From Piromyces finnis finn (taxonomy: Eukaryota; Fungi; Neocallimastigomycota), in the NCBI GenBank assembly GCA_002104945.1, contig MCFH01000004.1, positions 1,054,001-1,118,000 of the forward strand: DNA of 64,000 nt, given 5' to 3'. Under the pieces are notes generated by a model that did no database searches, was not told the origin of the DNA, and saw nothing but the letters and a program-made list of their open reading frames with translations. This document shows positions 44,101 to 55,288 of this stretch, piece by piece. Position numbers and translations under genes: made by a program. Within the stretch, counting starts at the first letter, position 1; every line of letters starts with the position of its first letter.

Positions 44101-46629
44101 ATTGTTATTGTTTTCATTTTCTTTATCATACATATAATTAAAGTTCCTTACTTGAAAAGTTTCTGTATCTTGACTATATGTTTCATTATTATTTTCTTTT
44201 TCTAAATTATAATTGTAGTCACCAGGTTCTTCTTCTAAAAAACCTACGACTCTTTTCACTTTAATTTTCCTTGATTTTATGTCGAATATTCTGTATCCTA
44301 CTGAAGATTCATCATATCCGATAAAGATTCCCTCCTTAGTTTTGTCTTGAAATTTTGGAATGTTACTGTCATCTAAATAATACACTTTACATCCAAATAC
44401 TCTTAAATTTTTATAATCAACTTTTCTGTTGTACATTAATTCAAATGGTATTTCACCATTAATTCCACTGTGCGGAACTCGATTATGAACATAGTTCGCT
44501 GTTTTCACAGCATCTTCCCAAAAGCGACGACATAACCTTGCGTCCATTAACATTGCAGTAGCAGTTTTTATTAACTTTCCATTGAATCTTTCTGCTCTTC
44601 CATTCTGCTCCGGATTTCCAGGGACGGTGAATTGTTGAGTTATTCCATATTCGTTACATAACTCCTTGAAGTTATTAGAAGTGAATTCAGTTCCATTATC
44701 GCTTCTAAGATATTTTACTTTGGATGATAATTCATTAGTAGTTTTATTCAGCCAATTTCCAAATTCTTTGAAAACATCACTTTTATTCTTGACAAATATT
44801 ACCCATCCATATCGACTGTAATCATCTAAGATACTTAAAAAGTATACGTTGTCATGAATTGATGGTGTGATTGGACCTACCAAATCGATGTGTACTAGTT
44901 CCAAAACACTTGATGCTCTACTATCTGACCTTTTATGAGGGATTTCTTTCATTTTGCTTCTCATGCATATTGTACAATTGTGAATATTGTTCTTTTCATC
45001 ATTATTGTTGAAATTCAGATGCCCTATTCTTCTATGCCAGTATTCACCATTGTTTCGTACATTATCGCACATTGAGTAATTATTAACTACATTACCTTCT
45101 TTGATGTACAAATTGAATACATCATATTCATTTGCTTTAACTTCGTATACATTATCTGTTTTCTTATCTTTTATATATGCAAATACATTATTGTTCTTCT
45201 CATCAAAGATTATTTGGTAGCCACTTTTAACTAACTTGGCAACAGAAATTAAATTTCGTTTTACATCTGGGATGTACATTACATCTTCTAATTTTATTGG
45301 TTCTTCATTAATAGATCCATTTACTTCACCCATATGTGTTGACTTTGTAGTCGCTCCATTTGCATAATTGATTGGTTCTACATGTTCAAAAACATTTTTG
45401 AGAATTCCTATATCTTTGGTAATATGATTAGAAGCACCAGAATCTAAAGTCCATGTAGTAAAACTTGTAGGTACATTTTCACAAGATACGTAATTGCATG
45501 ATTTATTATTACATTCATCATTGTTATTGTCAAATAATGCATTGTAATCAACTGTAAACAAATCTTGATATCCAACTTCTGGTTCAAAGTCTTCAGTGGT
45601 TTGTTTATTTACTATTTCACCTGTTGCTAAAAATGCTTCCTTGCCTTTATTTTTCTCTTTTCTTAGCCTTCTTGTAACTTCTTCTGAAAGTTCTTTTTGA
45701 ATACGACATTGTTTTACAGTATGTCCTTTTTGATGACAAAAATAACATGTAATGTTTTGTTTATTTTTGTTATTCCAATTTCTTTCTTCATTGGACTTTT
45801 CTTTTCCTTTATTTGTATTTTTATTATGATTATTACTTTGTTTGTTGCGGTAGTATTTAGTACTTTCCTTTCTTTTATCACCTTTGTAACTACCTTCAAC
45901 ACTAAAGATATGTCTAATTCCGAAGGTTTCAGATTTCTCTTTCGGATCAAATTTGTTCATCTTATCTATCATTCTTGCTGTGTCCTTTTTGCATTCTTCC
46001 CAGTCTTCATGCTTAAGGACTGTGACTTTCCTATATTTTTCTGGTAAGGCTTGATACAGTAAACCAATTTTTTCTTCATCATCTATTTTCACATTTAGTT
46101 GTTCTAACTTATTAAAGTTGGAATTTAACTTATTTACAAATCTTGAGAAACTTTCTTTCGGGTCGTATTTTAAGGAGTTTGTTTCCTTAATAAGCCTATT
46201 CTTTCTTTCTATTTTATCCCCTAAATAAATGTCTTCTAATAGTTTCCACATTTCGTAGCTTGTTAAAGACCTATCTTGGATATCTTGTTGGCAGTTTGGG
46301 CCTAAAGTATACCTAATTAAAAATTGGATATTCCTATCTGTTTTTAAGTCATCTTCGGTTACGTTCTTATCATAGTAGGTATTGATTTCAAAAGGTGCCT
46401 TTAGATATTCTTCTCCGTCGATATCCATTCCTTCGTCACTTTTGATCTTTGGGGTTTTGTTTTCATCAACCCAATCTTCAAGACCATAATAATTTAAAAT
46501 ATTCCTCATAAACATTTGCCACGTTATGAAATTTTTATTGTTCAATTCATAAGTGACCTTTCCTAGCATAACGGTAGGATCGAATATAGGAATTGATCCA
46601 GTATCTCCGTTAGATTTTCTTTTTGACAT
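41176..46629 (-). CDS. Copia Gag-Pol polyprotein, 1817 aa (Gag-ZnK-PR-IN-RT-RNaseH)
   Basis: CYFCHQKGHTVKQC zinc knuckle; WTLDSGASNH protease; WHRRIGH..CTIC; integrase LVHIDLVGP/DDYSR/LRSDNGTEF/PEQNGRAER and FIGY..GY; RT KARLVARGFTQ, YGLKQA, YVDD; RNase H DSDYGG/EAEY/DNQ/KHIDIKYH/LADGFTK. The IN-before-RT order is diagnostic of copia. Confidence 0.98.
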   Translation of the reverse strand: MSKRKSNGDTGSIPIFDPTVMLGKVTYELNNKNFITWQMFMRNILNYYGLEDWVDENKTPKIKSDEGMDIDGEEYLKAPFEINTYYDKNVTEDDLKTDRNIQFLIRYTLGPNCQQDIQDRSLTSYEMWKLLEDIYLGDKIERKNRLIKETNSLKYDPKESFSRFVNKLNSNFNKLEQLNVKIDDEEKIGLLYQALPEKYRKVTVLKHEDWEECKKDTARMIDKMNKFDPKEKSETFGIRHIFSVEGSYKGDKRKESTKYYRNKQSNNHNKNTNKGKEKSNEERNWNNKNKQNITCYFCHQKGHTVKQCRIQKELSEEVTRRLRKEKNKGKEAFLATGEIVNKQTTEDFEPEVGYQDLFTVDYNALFDNNNDECNNKSCNYVSCENVPTSFTTWTLDSGASNHITKDIGILKNVFEHVEPINYANGATTKSTHMGEVNGSINEEPIKLEDVMYIPDVKRNLISVAKLVKSGYQIIFDEKNNNVFAYIKDKKTDNVYEVKANEYDVFNLYIKEGNVVNNYSMCDNVRNNGEYWHRRIGHLNFNNNDEKNNIHNCTICMRSKMKEIPHKRSDSRASSVLELVHIDLVGPITPSIHDNVYFLSILDDYSRYGWVIFVKNKSDVFKEFGNWLNKTTNELSSKVKYLRSDNGTEFTSNNFKELCNEYGITQQFTVPGNPEQNGRAERFNGKLIKTATAMLMDARLCRRFWEDAVKTANYVHNRVPHSGINGEIPFELMYNRKVDYKNLRVFGCKVYYLDDSNIPKFQDKTKEGIFIGYDESSVGYRIFDIKSRKIKVKRVVGFLEEEPGDYNYNLEKENNNETYSQDTETFQVRNFNYMYDKENENNNNKDKKEKDISNENDKLMNENLETLNDKTSNKEDLKEVNYEEKFRNIEEKLDKLTSLLNKEKNNSSESFMQVCEDTNDSNMNIEDSEEEDLNLLDYIKLKEKKKERLNKNNYQKIEEMEENKEIKISTSMESVSETNKEKENNNDISGSNDGNINNFTLEENNLKYNNLKYNSADETEICEIKEVNIKRNDDKKNKNINSKDNSNISKDNKRNNKYLNAKGNVYFIEENSDIVNKNELIEEVLKTPSEMEINDLTGEIDNNDFLNILSPDIDLGTRKKIDFENIESVKNNINKNNRKEIENNYSNVKVNYKNEEYYKKNYIPINENEIRRNLNKENINIPEEKSKFKNISDEKESNLNNQNKKEYNLRNLKNKNEIKDPINKDKSKKKFFDKKKLLSKQNFLNKRNLNRKLKSNKNFKLNENHPPKEEKFPRKRKLVPSEDVIEEKFSKPHEHEPEKKKIKEVALTIAQIKEPNSYNDIFKRKDKDKWIKAIEAELLNMKERKVFKRIDEVPEDANIIDSRWVFKIKRNSTGEIEKYKARLVARGFTQEYGEDYNETFSPTLKQDSLRILIGIAAINNYKIHQLDVKAAYLYADLKEDIYMKAPEGDKMYKKGLWKLNKALYGLKQAAREWNNNISNTLIELGFQKLVSEPCIFIKTKNNKLVCLVGIYVDDILITGKKEEIDKTIKLIKEKYVITDVGDANFIIGIKVETLKDGYLLHQERYLKDILHKFGLENCRGSKTTTPIKNDEQLNQPFDPTTYRAAIGSLLYLAIGTRPDILFSVTKASRFSQNPTIQNWKNVLQIFKYLKENPHYGIRFERNLNLKIFVDSDYGGDEETRKSTTGFVFLLGNGPTSWYSKLQKCVSTSTAEAEYYGLCECSKQALWYRNIFSELKIKEECLKINIDNQATIYNANNETINPKSKHIDIKYHKVRELIKENKISLEYIKSEENLADGFTKYLNKNKMKIFRDSLLYKYK

Positions 46630-46664
46630 ATTAAAAAAAAAACTTACTTAAATATAAGAGCAAT

Positions 46665-46678
46665 TGAGACTCTTAATC
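46665..46678 (-). other. Primer-binding site complementary to the tRNA-Lys(CUU) anticodon arm
   Basis: Element-sense GATTAAGAGTCTCA starts immediately after the 5' LTR. Its complement TGAGACTCTTAATC equals eukaryotic tRNA-Lys(CTT) positions about 27-40. There is no TGG/CCA-type PBS. Confidence 0.8.
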
Positions 46679-46913
46679 TGTCAGATAAATTTAGTTTACA
46701 CTTAAATTTATTTATAAAACTATTTGGGTTTTTATAATCTTTTATTTATTTATATTTATTTTATAATATAAATATTGTAACTTTCTTAAAATCTTTTTAT
46801 TAAAAAATAACCAAAGAATAAAAATGTAGTACAATATTAATTTATAATTTTATAAAATACAAATACATAAAAAATACATAAAATATTATTTTGGAATGTA
46901 TTTTATTTTCACA
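46679..46913 (-). repeat. 5' LTR
   Basis: Identical to the 3' LTR at an exact offset of 5760 bp. Confidence 0.97.
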
Positions 46914-47138
46914 TAAAGCATGCCTTGATTAAATATATAAGTTTTTTGCATTATATCACATATTTTATTGAATAATTAAACATAGACATAATCAGTATAA
47001 TTATAATAATAATAAAACTTTTATAGTATAAAAATATTTAAAGATGAATTATAAATTTGTGAAAATTATTGTTAAAATTAATAATTAATTTATTATTAAA
47101 AAAATAATAAAACTTTTTTTTTTTAAATATTTTTAATT

Positions 47139-47343
47139 TTATTTTTTAATATTTGAAAGTTTCATTATTTTTGGGTATCTGATGTGTAACCTATTTCCTT
47201 CAAATTTCTTTTTGCATTCTTTTTGTATGGTGTTATATAAATGATAATAAAATAGTTTTCCTTCATAGTGAAAACTGCAATCCCATTGGCATTCAATATT
47301 ACAATTATTAATTAATGTTTATAATTACAAAAAAAAAAAAAAA

Positions 47344-47398
<55 letters not shown>

Positions 47399-49022
47399 TT
47401 AAGGATGTTTTATATAGGTATGTATAATGAAGTTGAAATAAATATGATATGAGATAGTAAATTATATATTATTGAAATAAATGATTTTATAACTTGAAAA
47501 AGGATATCTTTCAAAAAATGACATTAAAGCCATTAAATTTGTTAGATCATTACCATCTTTCACAAACCAATTTAAGGATTCAATAATTTTATTTTGAATT
47601 TTTTCTATGAAATTTATTACTTCTTCATATAATTCATAATTATTATTAAATATTATAGATTTTACATCGCATTCAATATCATTAAAAAGTTCTACCCATT
47701 GACGAATTAATTCTTCCACATCATGATAATTTGTTATTTCATTTTCTTCATTTATTGAATTATTATTTTTTACTTTTTTGTTTATTATTGTTTTATGTTT
47801 ATGCAATAAAGGCGAATGAGGGATTATATTTTTGTTGAAATTATTATTCTGATTATTAAATTCAGATGGTGAAGTATTTTTTATTACATTAATTAGCTGT
47901 AAGCTACTGTTATTATTGTTACTGTTGTTATTGTTGTTGTTACTGATTTTATTATTAAAATTACTATTTTCATCGTCATTATTACTGTTATTGTTCTTGT
48001 TATTATTATAGTTATCCTTTTTTTTTCCAGTATTGATTTTATTAGTATTACTTTTAGTATTATTCCAAAACTGTGTCAATGTAATAATGCTATTTTCTTT
48101 TTTCTCTTCTTTTTCTTTTTTATCATGATATATTTGAATTATTTCTTCTTGAATCGTTAAAGGTAGTTCATTCATTACATCCAAATCAATCTACAGTTTA
48201 ATAAAAAATTGATAAAAAAATTAATAATATGTATATATATATTGAATTGTGATTTATAATTTAAAATTCTTGTAACTTACTTTTGATGGTGATGGTAATA
48301 ATTCATTAATCTTATTTTCTTTTTTTGTGGATAATGTTATCGATTTATTATTTTTAGATTCAACTGATATAGTATTTTTCTTTTTTCTTCCTCTTTTTTT
48401 TCTTTCTTTTTTAACTTTTAATAATGTGTTATATACTTTATGCTGTGTTTCATTATTAATAATATCTGCTTTATGAGTGCTTACTATATCTTCTGGAGAA
48501 TTATTGTTATTATTTATTTTATCAACACTATTATTATTTTTATTACTATTTTGTGGATTATTATTATTGATAATACCATTTTTACTTAAATTATAATATT
48601 GAATTAATTCTTCTTGAATTTCTTTAGGTAATTCACTTAATACTGAAGGATCGATTATTTCTTTATTCATATCTATTATTTCATTATTATCATCATCATC
48701 ATTATTATTATTATTACTACTACTGGTACTACTACTATTACTACTATTATTATCATTATTAAGTATTAAGTAATTATTTATTGAATTATTAGAATAGTTA
48801 ATTTTTACATTATTGCAATTATTATCATCATCATTATTAGCATTATTATCATTGTCTTCATTATTATTGCTTAAACAATTATTTATTGTGTTAAATTTAA
48901 GCTTTTGCTGACTATCTATTATAATTAAATTAAAACATAATATGTATATTATTTTATTAAATAAAATCTTATTTTTTATTTATTTATTTTTTTTTATTTT
49001 TAAGTAAATAGCAATAATAAAA

Positions 49023-49071
<49 letters not shown>

Positions 49072-49688
49072 TATTATTTACCATGTAAATTAGATAATTC
49101 TTTTAATTTAGATAGTTGTACGCCAATTCCTCTTACTTCCTTTATATTTGAGAAATAATATTTATTTTATTATAATAATTCTATTAAAAATTATTTATTA
49201 TGCTATCATATTTTAATTATAAGATTATACCTTTGGATTAGGTTTTAAACTACTAATAATATTCCATGAATATTTAGAAATATCTTCAGATTTATATATA
49301 TAAGTGTGAAGATTTAGTGATTTTGACATATTTTTACAACTACCATGACCAAGTCGTTTCATTGGTTTATCAGCATCTTCATATCGTATTTTAAGCTTTA
49401 TTGTCAATTTTTGTCCTTTTTTATTTTCTCTTTTCATTCTTTCAGATACTTCAATAGCCAAATCGTTAATAAATTTCTAATTAATAAAAGTTTATTATTT
49501 ATAGATATGAGAAAAAAATTTACAAATATTATCTTACTTATGTTTATGATTTTCTTACCTTAAATTGCTCATCATTATTAAAACGTATACCCCATGTAAT
49601 TTCTGCTGAAATTGATCTTCTTTCATTACTTTCACTATTTAATTCTCTATCATCAATTCCCCTATATAATAAATAAATAAATAAAAAA

Positions 49689-49759
<71 letters not shown>

Positions 49760-49792
49760 ACAAACAAACAAATAAATAAACAAACAAACAAA

Positions 49793-49879
<87 letters not shown>

Positions 49880-50627
49880 ATATAATGATGTTGCTTATTT
49901 CTTATTTATTTTTTTTTACCTGCATAAATTATATAATTTTTGCCCTGTTTTTTTACCAAATTCTTTTTGTAAAGTTGAAAGTGATAATCTATTTTTTTTA
50001 TAAAATAAAAATATTTTAATAATTAAAATGCTGATTTATTTAAATTAAAATAATATGATAAATATTATACTTTTGAAGATCCCCGCAATTATTTATATTC
50101 TATTTTATAAAAGGTTTAGTTTATTTCATTTTTATTACTTATAAAAATTAAAAAACAATAATATTAATACCATATCATTGAATCTATATATAAATATATA
50201 AATATAAATATATAAAACATATAAAACACCGTTAATATTTATAATAAATACTAATTTAAAATAAATAAATAATATCAATATTTTTGGTATATTACCTTTT
50301 TGCAATTGACCATCCCACACCTGGCAAATCACTAACTTCAAATTGTTTAATAAAGTTTTCAGGCGCAGTTGGTGATAAATAAAATTCACCATTTGGCTTT
50401 GCTTTTTTTGTTGCTAATCTTGCTAATAATAGGTTAGTTGATATTCCAATGCTTGCATTACACTCTGTTTTATATTTAATTTCTGCTCTTATACTTTTTG
50501 CTTTTTCAATTATATCCGCTTCTTCTGTGCCAGTTCTTGGTAACCATATTTCAATATAAGCTTTGCAATTTATAAACATATTTATTATTATGAATTAGCA
50601 TAGTATAAAATTTTTAATAAATAAAGA

Positions 50628-50688
<61 letters not shown>

Positions 50689-53090
50689 ATTAATATTACC
50701 TTCATCACAACTAACTGCTTGAATATTATCACTGTTATTGATTAATACATTATATAATACTGTTGTAACTCTTTCATAATTTTCAAACTTTGATTTTAAA
50801 TATTTCATTTATATATTTATGTTTATTTATTATTAATTTACTTAGATTTATATATATCAATTTTTGTATGATTTTTATTATTGTAACAAGTATTAACTTA
50901 CTTCATATGGAATTACAACTAAATTAGGACATACTTTTTTTGCATGTGCAATTCTAATTTATTAATTTTAATAATTAAGTGTGTATATATATATTCATGA
51001 ATATATTATTTTATCATTCATTTTTAAAATAACTATTATAAAAAATAAATTATGTACAGCATTCCATTTTTCACTCCAAATGCTCTTGCTACATAATTAC
51101 ATGATGCTATGTCACTTCCAGAATTTTTTCCCGAAGAATGACTAACACCTACCGGTTTATTTATTAATTCAGGTCTTGAAATGAGTCCTACACTACATTA
51201 GAGTATTTAAATTATTTTTTTTAGAGAACAATTGAATTATTGAATTATTAAATTTATTTTTTCATTATTACCTAACAAAAAAACAATCCATATCTACATG
51301 CTATATATGATATAGGCAATACGTATTTATTAGTTTAATGCAAGATGTAGGGTAAATTTATTAATCATAATATATATATATATTCTTTACCATTATAAAT
51401 TTAGTTTTATTTGTATAGTCTTTAAATTTTGATATATTTATTTGAGAATTTATAATAGACTTAAGTTTATTTTTCCATAAACTAAGATAATGTAGTCTTT
51501 TTTTTTTAATTATATGATAAAATTGTTAAAAATTAATATTTTTTTCATAAATGTATTAGTATTTTATCATATCAACCTTGAATTTTCGTAATAATTTGCT
51601 ATAAAGTTAGGTGCAATACTTGAATGTTTAACATCCCATTTAGATTCGAGACTTTTATTTATTTCATTTTCATTTTCATCGTTTTCAATTTCATTCTCAT
51701 TTTCATTTTCATTTTCAATTTCATTCTTATTTTCATCTTCATTTTCATCTTTTTTTCCTTTATTTTGTTTTTTTTCATTAATTATATGTAATGTTTGATT
51801 AGTGTTACTTACTAAATTAATATTTGCATTGATTTCATTATCTTCATTATTATTAGTGCAAAAAGTATTGTTATTATTATATTTTATTTGATTGCTACTG
51901 TTAGTAATATCATCATAACTCTCATTACCGTTAATAATATCATTATTAAAAGCAGTAGATGCAATTTCTGAATAATTTGAATTTTGATTATTACTATGAA
52001 ACTTTAAAAAAATATATGCATTGTATTAATTTTCTCATATAAATAAAATAGTATTAATATATAAAACATTTTTGTTCATTTTTATTACGTTATTTAAAAA
52101 CATATTTGCTATTGAATTTTTATTAACTATACTATAATCTTTAATTGGCTTTAATTTTTTTTGTTGAACTGAATCGACAATCCATTTTGGTTTTATTATA
52201 ATTTTCGAGGCATTTTCATATTCTTTTACTATAAATTTTTTTTATATTATAAAAAATTTAATATAAAAAAACTTAAAATGTATTTATTAAATATTTTTTT
52301 TATTTTATTTTATTATTTATTTAATTCTTTACTTTTTGCTGAATTAAGTTGTGAAGCAATAACATGAGTAACCTTTTTAAATTTTTATGAAAATAATATT
52401 ATTTTATTAATAACCTTTTTTTTTTTTTTTTTTTTTTTTTGATTTTATTATTAATAATAGAAAAGATATTTTAAAGAATATAAATTTACCATATTTGCGT
52501 GATAATAATATTCGTATTGTCCTCTATCCAATATATATATTAAAAAAATGAAGAATCCATCATTTATTTTTAAGCCTTTATTATTATTATTATTATTATT
52601 TTTAATTTATGCTTTATTAAGTTAATATATCATATACCCATGTTGAATTATTATTCTTCTCAATTCTTTCTGAGATGGAATTGTATAACCTTAAAAGTTT
52701 TTGATTTTTTATATAATTTTTGAGTAAAATTTTAAATTTGCAAATAGTTATTCATATAAACAATAAAATAAAATTATTAACCATTAATGTAGAAAACACA
52801 ATTCTTAAATATTTGAGGAAATTCTTCTTTGTACAGTTCCTGTCTATATTATAAAAAAGTATTTTTATAGTATATAAAAATGAATTAGTTTTTTAAATAA
52901 TGAATAGATAATTTAATTGTAAAGTCTTATTTTATTTTTTTATAAATTATAATATTAAATAATTTATTTTTAAATACAATTCCTGAGCTTGGATTCTTAA
53001 TTTTTTCTTTTTTTGTTTTGTATAATCATTAAAAGAATTTATTTTATTTTCACTTTCATTTCGTTTTTTATTATTTGTTTCTTTATTCAT
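47139..53090 (-). CDS. REV1: DNA repair protein REV1 (BRCT + Y-family polymerase + 2 UBM + CTD; multi-exon)
   Basis: BRCT IFKNCVFYING|YTIPSQKELRRIIIQHG; HVDMDCFF; DIASCNYVARAFGV; QAVSCDE|AYI; GISTNLLLARLATKKAKPNG; DLPGVG; RGIDDR; UBMs IDPSVLSELPKEIQEE and MNELPLTIQEE; CTD. End exons are approximate. Confidence 0.93.
47317..47507 (-). other. U12-type AT-AC intron in REV1
   Basis: 5' splice site ATATCCTTTT (47507-47498), branch point TCCTTAAC (47405-47398), terminal AC (47318-47317). Splicing restores ...SFFER|LINNCNIECQWD in frame. Confidence 0.85.
49670..49880. repeat. (TAAA)n microsatellite in a REV1 intron
   Basis: Direct tandem array with CAAA variants; a second shorter array lies at about 50628-50687. 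Confidence 0.9.
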
Positions 53091-53229
53091 TTATAAATAA
53101 TATTAAATATAAAATTTAATATAATAAAAAATTTTTATTAATAAAAATTTATAAAAATAAAAAATACGAAAATAAGAATATATGAAGAAATATTTTTTAA
53201 ATATATTAATAAATAAAATATTGTAGTAA

Positions 53230-53942
53230 ATGAATAATAATTTTAGTAATAATTCTTATAATAATTCCAATAATAAATCATTTAATAATACGAATAATCG
53301 CAATCGAAATAATACTCGAAATAATAATAAAAATAATAAAAAATCTAATACATCAAATAATAAATCATACATTAAAACATATAATAGGTCATTTAATTCT
53401 TCAGAAAGTAATGTCAATAACTACAAAAAAAATAATGATTCTTTTAAAAAATCTAATGTTAACAACGATCCTTTAGCTAGTTGGAAAAAGAAAAGCAATG
53501 GAGATAATGATAATAATAAAAGATGGGAAAGAGTGGGTTATATAAGCAGAGAAAGTATAAATACTAAATCTGAAGAGTAATTAAATTTATTTTGGATATT
53601 TTTATTTATAGCAAATATAAATATTTAAAATATATAAAATTTCATTAACATGACTTAAAATAACATACCATATTAAAAGTCTAAGGCAACCAGAAATTCA
53701 AAAGCAATTTTATAAATATATTTTAGAAGAAGTAATATTTATTTTTTAATTTTAATTTATCATTATGTAATTATTTGTTATTCATTATAATTTACATTAA
53801 ATATTAAATAGATAGATAAAATTGATTTAATACAGATAAAGGAACATACTTTAGATCCAGTATTAGCTTCCTTAAGTAATTATTAATATATTAATAATAT
53901 AATAATAATATAATATAATGTAATATAGTATATTTATTTATT

Positions 53943-53975
<33 letters not shown>

Positions 53976-54890
53976 TTTATTTATAAAATATACTTAATAT
54001 AAATATAAATTAAAGGGAAGTTAAGAGAAGGAATAGTTTCAGCTGGTCAAATAAATGAATTTAATATTGAAGGTTTGGATATTATAAAAATATATATATA
54101 TATATAATATTTTTAGGTATAAACTATTTTATTTAAAATAATTAAATTTATATTAAAAATATATAAAGTATTTGAATTATCAAGTAGAATGTCACTTAAA
54201 GCAAAAAATTTCGAGGAATTATGGAAAAGTCTATCATATCTAATAACTACGCTTTATAAAAACTATGAATATAGAAATAATACCACACAAAATGACAATA
54301 GAGCTGAATATATTAAATATTATTTACTTTATCTTATATGTCGTATCCCTCCAGTAAATGTTAATAAGTCTTTAATTGGAAATCCTCAAGAAGTTCTCAC
54401 AATTTATAATTCGTTGTCTTCGTATTTAAAAAATAAAAAAGAAATGACTTTTATTTATAATCTTATAACTTTGTTTAATATCGCACCAATTAACTACTTT
54501 AGATTTAGTGAATTATATAAGAAAACTAGTGATAATGATAAAATTATTATGCAGGTAAATTTCAGCTAGTAATAAAATAGCAAAATAGTTCTTATTATAA
54601 AACTTTTAATTTTCAAATAATGAATAATGAACAATTAATAAATGTTAATTTATTATATAAAGTGTCGACTTCCTAGAATAAGACAACAAACTCTTTCAGT
54701 TTTAACAAAAGCATACTTTACTTTACCAACGAAAGATATTCAAGAATGGCTAATTATTAATGATTATGACAGTTTAAAAAATTATTTACTTGAGAATTGG
54801 AAACAACTTCCAAATGCAAGTAACGAAAATTACGAAGAAAGAATTACTGAGGAACAAGTTACATTAAGAGTTCCTAAGAAAAGAAAATAA
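53230..54890 (+). CDS. PCI/SAC3-GANP-like domain protein with Asn/Arg-rich N-terminus (multi-exon)
   Basis: Spliced motifs LASLRKLREGIVSA, YYLLYLIC, NYFRFSELYK and RIRQQTLSVLTKAYFTLP are typical of helical PCI-fold proteins. The exact family is not established. Confidence 0.55.
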
Positions 54891-55288
54891 TCATTTTTAG
54901 TAAAATTATAATTAATTATAAAATGTGTCAAAAAACAATTTTATATTTTTTTATTATTATTATTGAATAATATATATCTTTAAGCAAAACATTTAGTTAT
55001 TAAATAATATTTATAGTTTACAATTTAATTAATTTTATTCGTAATATTTGTAATGAAACCAATTTAATAAATAAATTAAAAAGTACGATGAATATTAGGA
55101 TATTAGGTATATATATCTTTAAATGTTTAAATTATAGCAATGACAAGTATATTTTTTTCTACGTCTAATATGTATTATGAGTATATTTGATGTAAAAATG
55201 TTCTTATAAATATATCAATATATAATTATTTACAGTTTAAACTGTTGGATATCAACTATTATTATTATTATTATTTTGTATATCATTA

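Larger units (their letters stand above)
40914..46918 (-). mobile_element. Intact Ty1/copia LTR retrotransposon with 5-bp TSD (TAAAG)
   Basis: LTRs at 40919-41153 and 46679-46913 (235 bp, TG...CA) appear base-for-base identical. TAAAG flanks both ends (40914-40918 and 46914-46918). One uninterrupted gag-pol ORF lies between the LTRs. Confidence 0.98.

Noticed and set aside
43244-46047. Plus-strand ORFs antisense to gag-pol (for example 43499-43774 and 45697-46047)
   Set aside because: Hydrophobic shadows of Lys/Asn/Glu-rich codons on the coding strand; no domain features.
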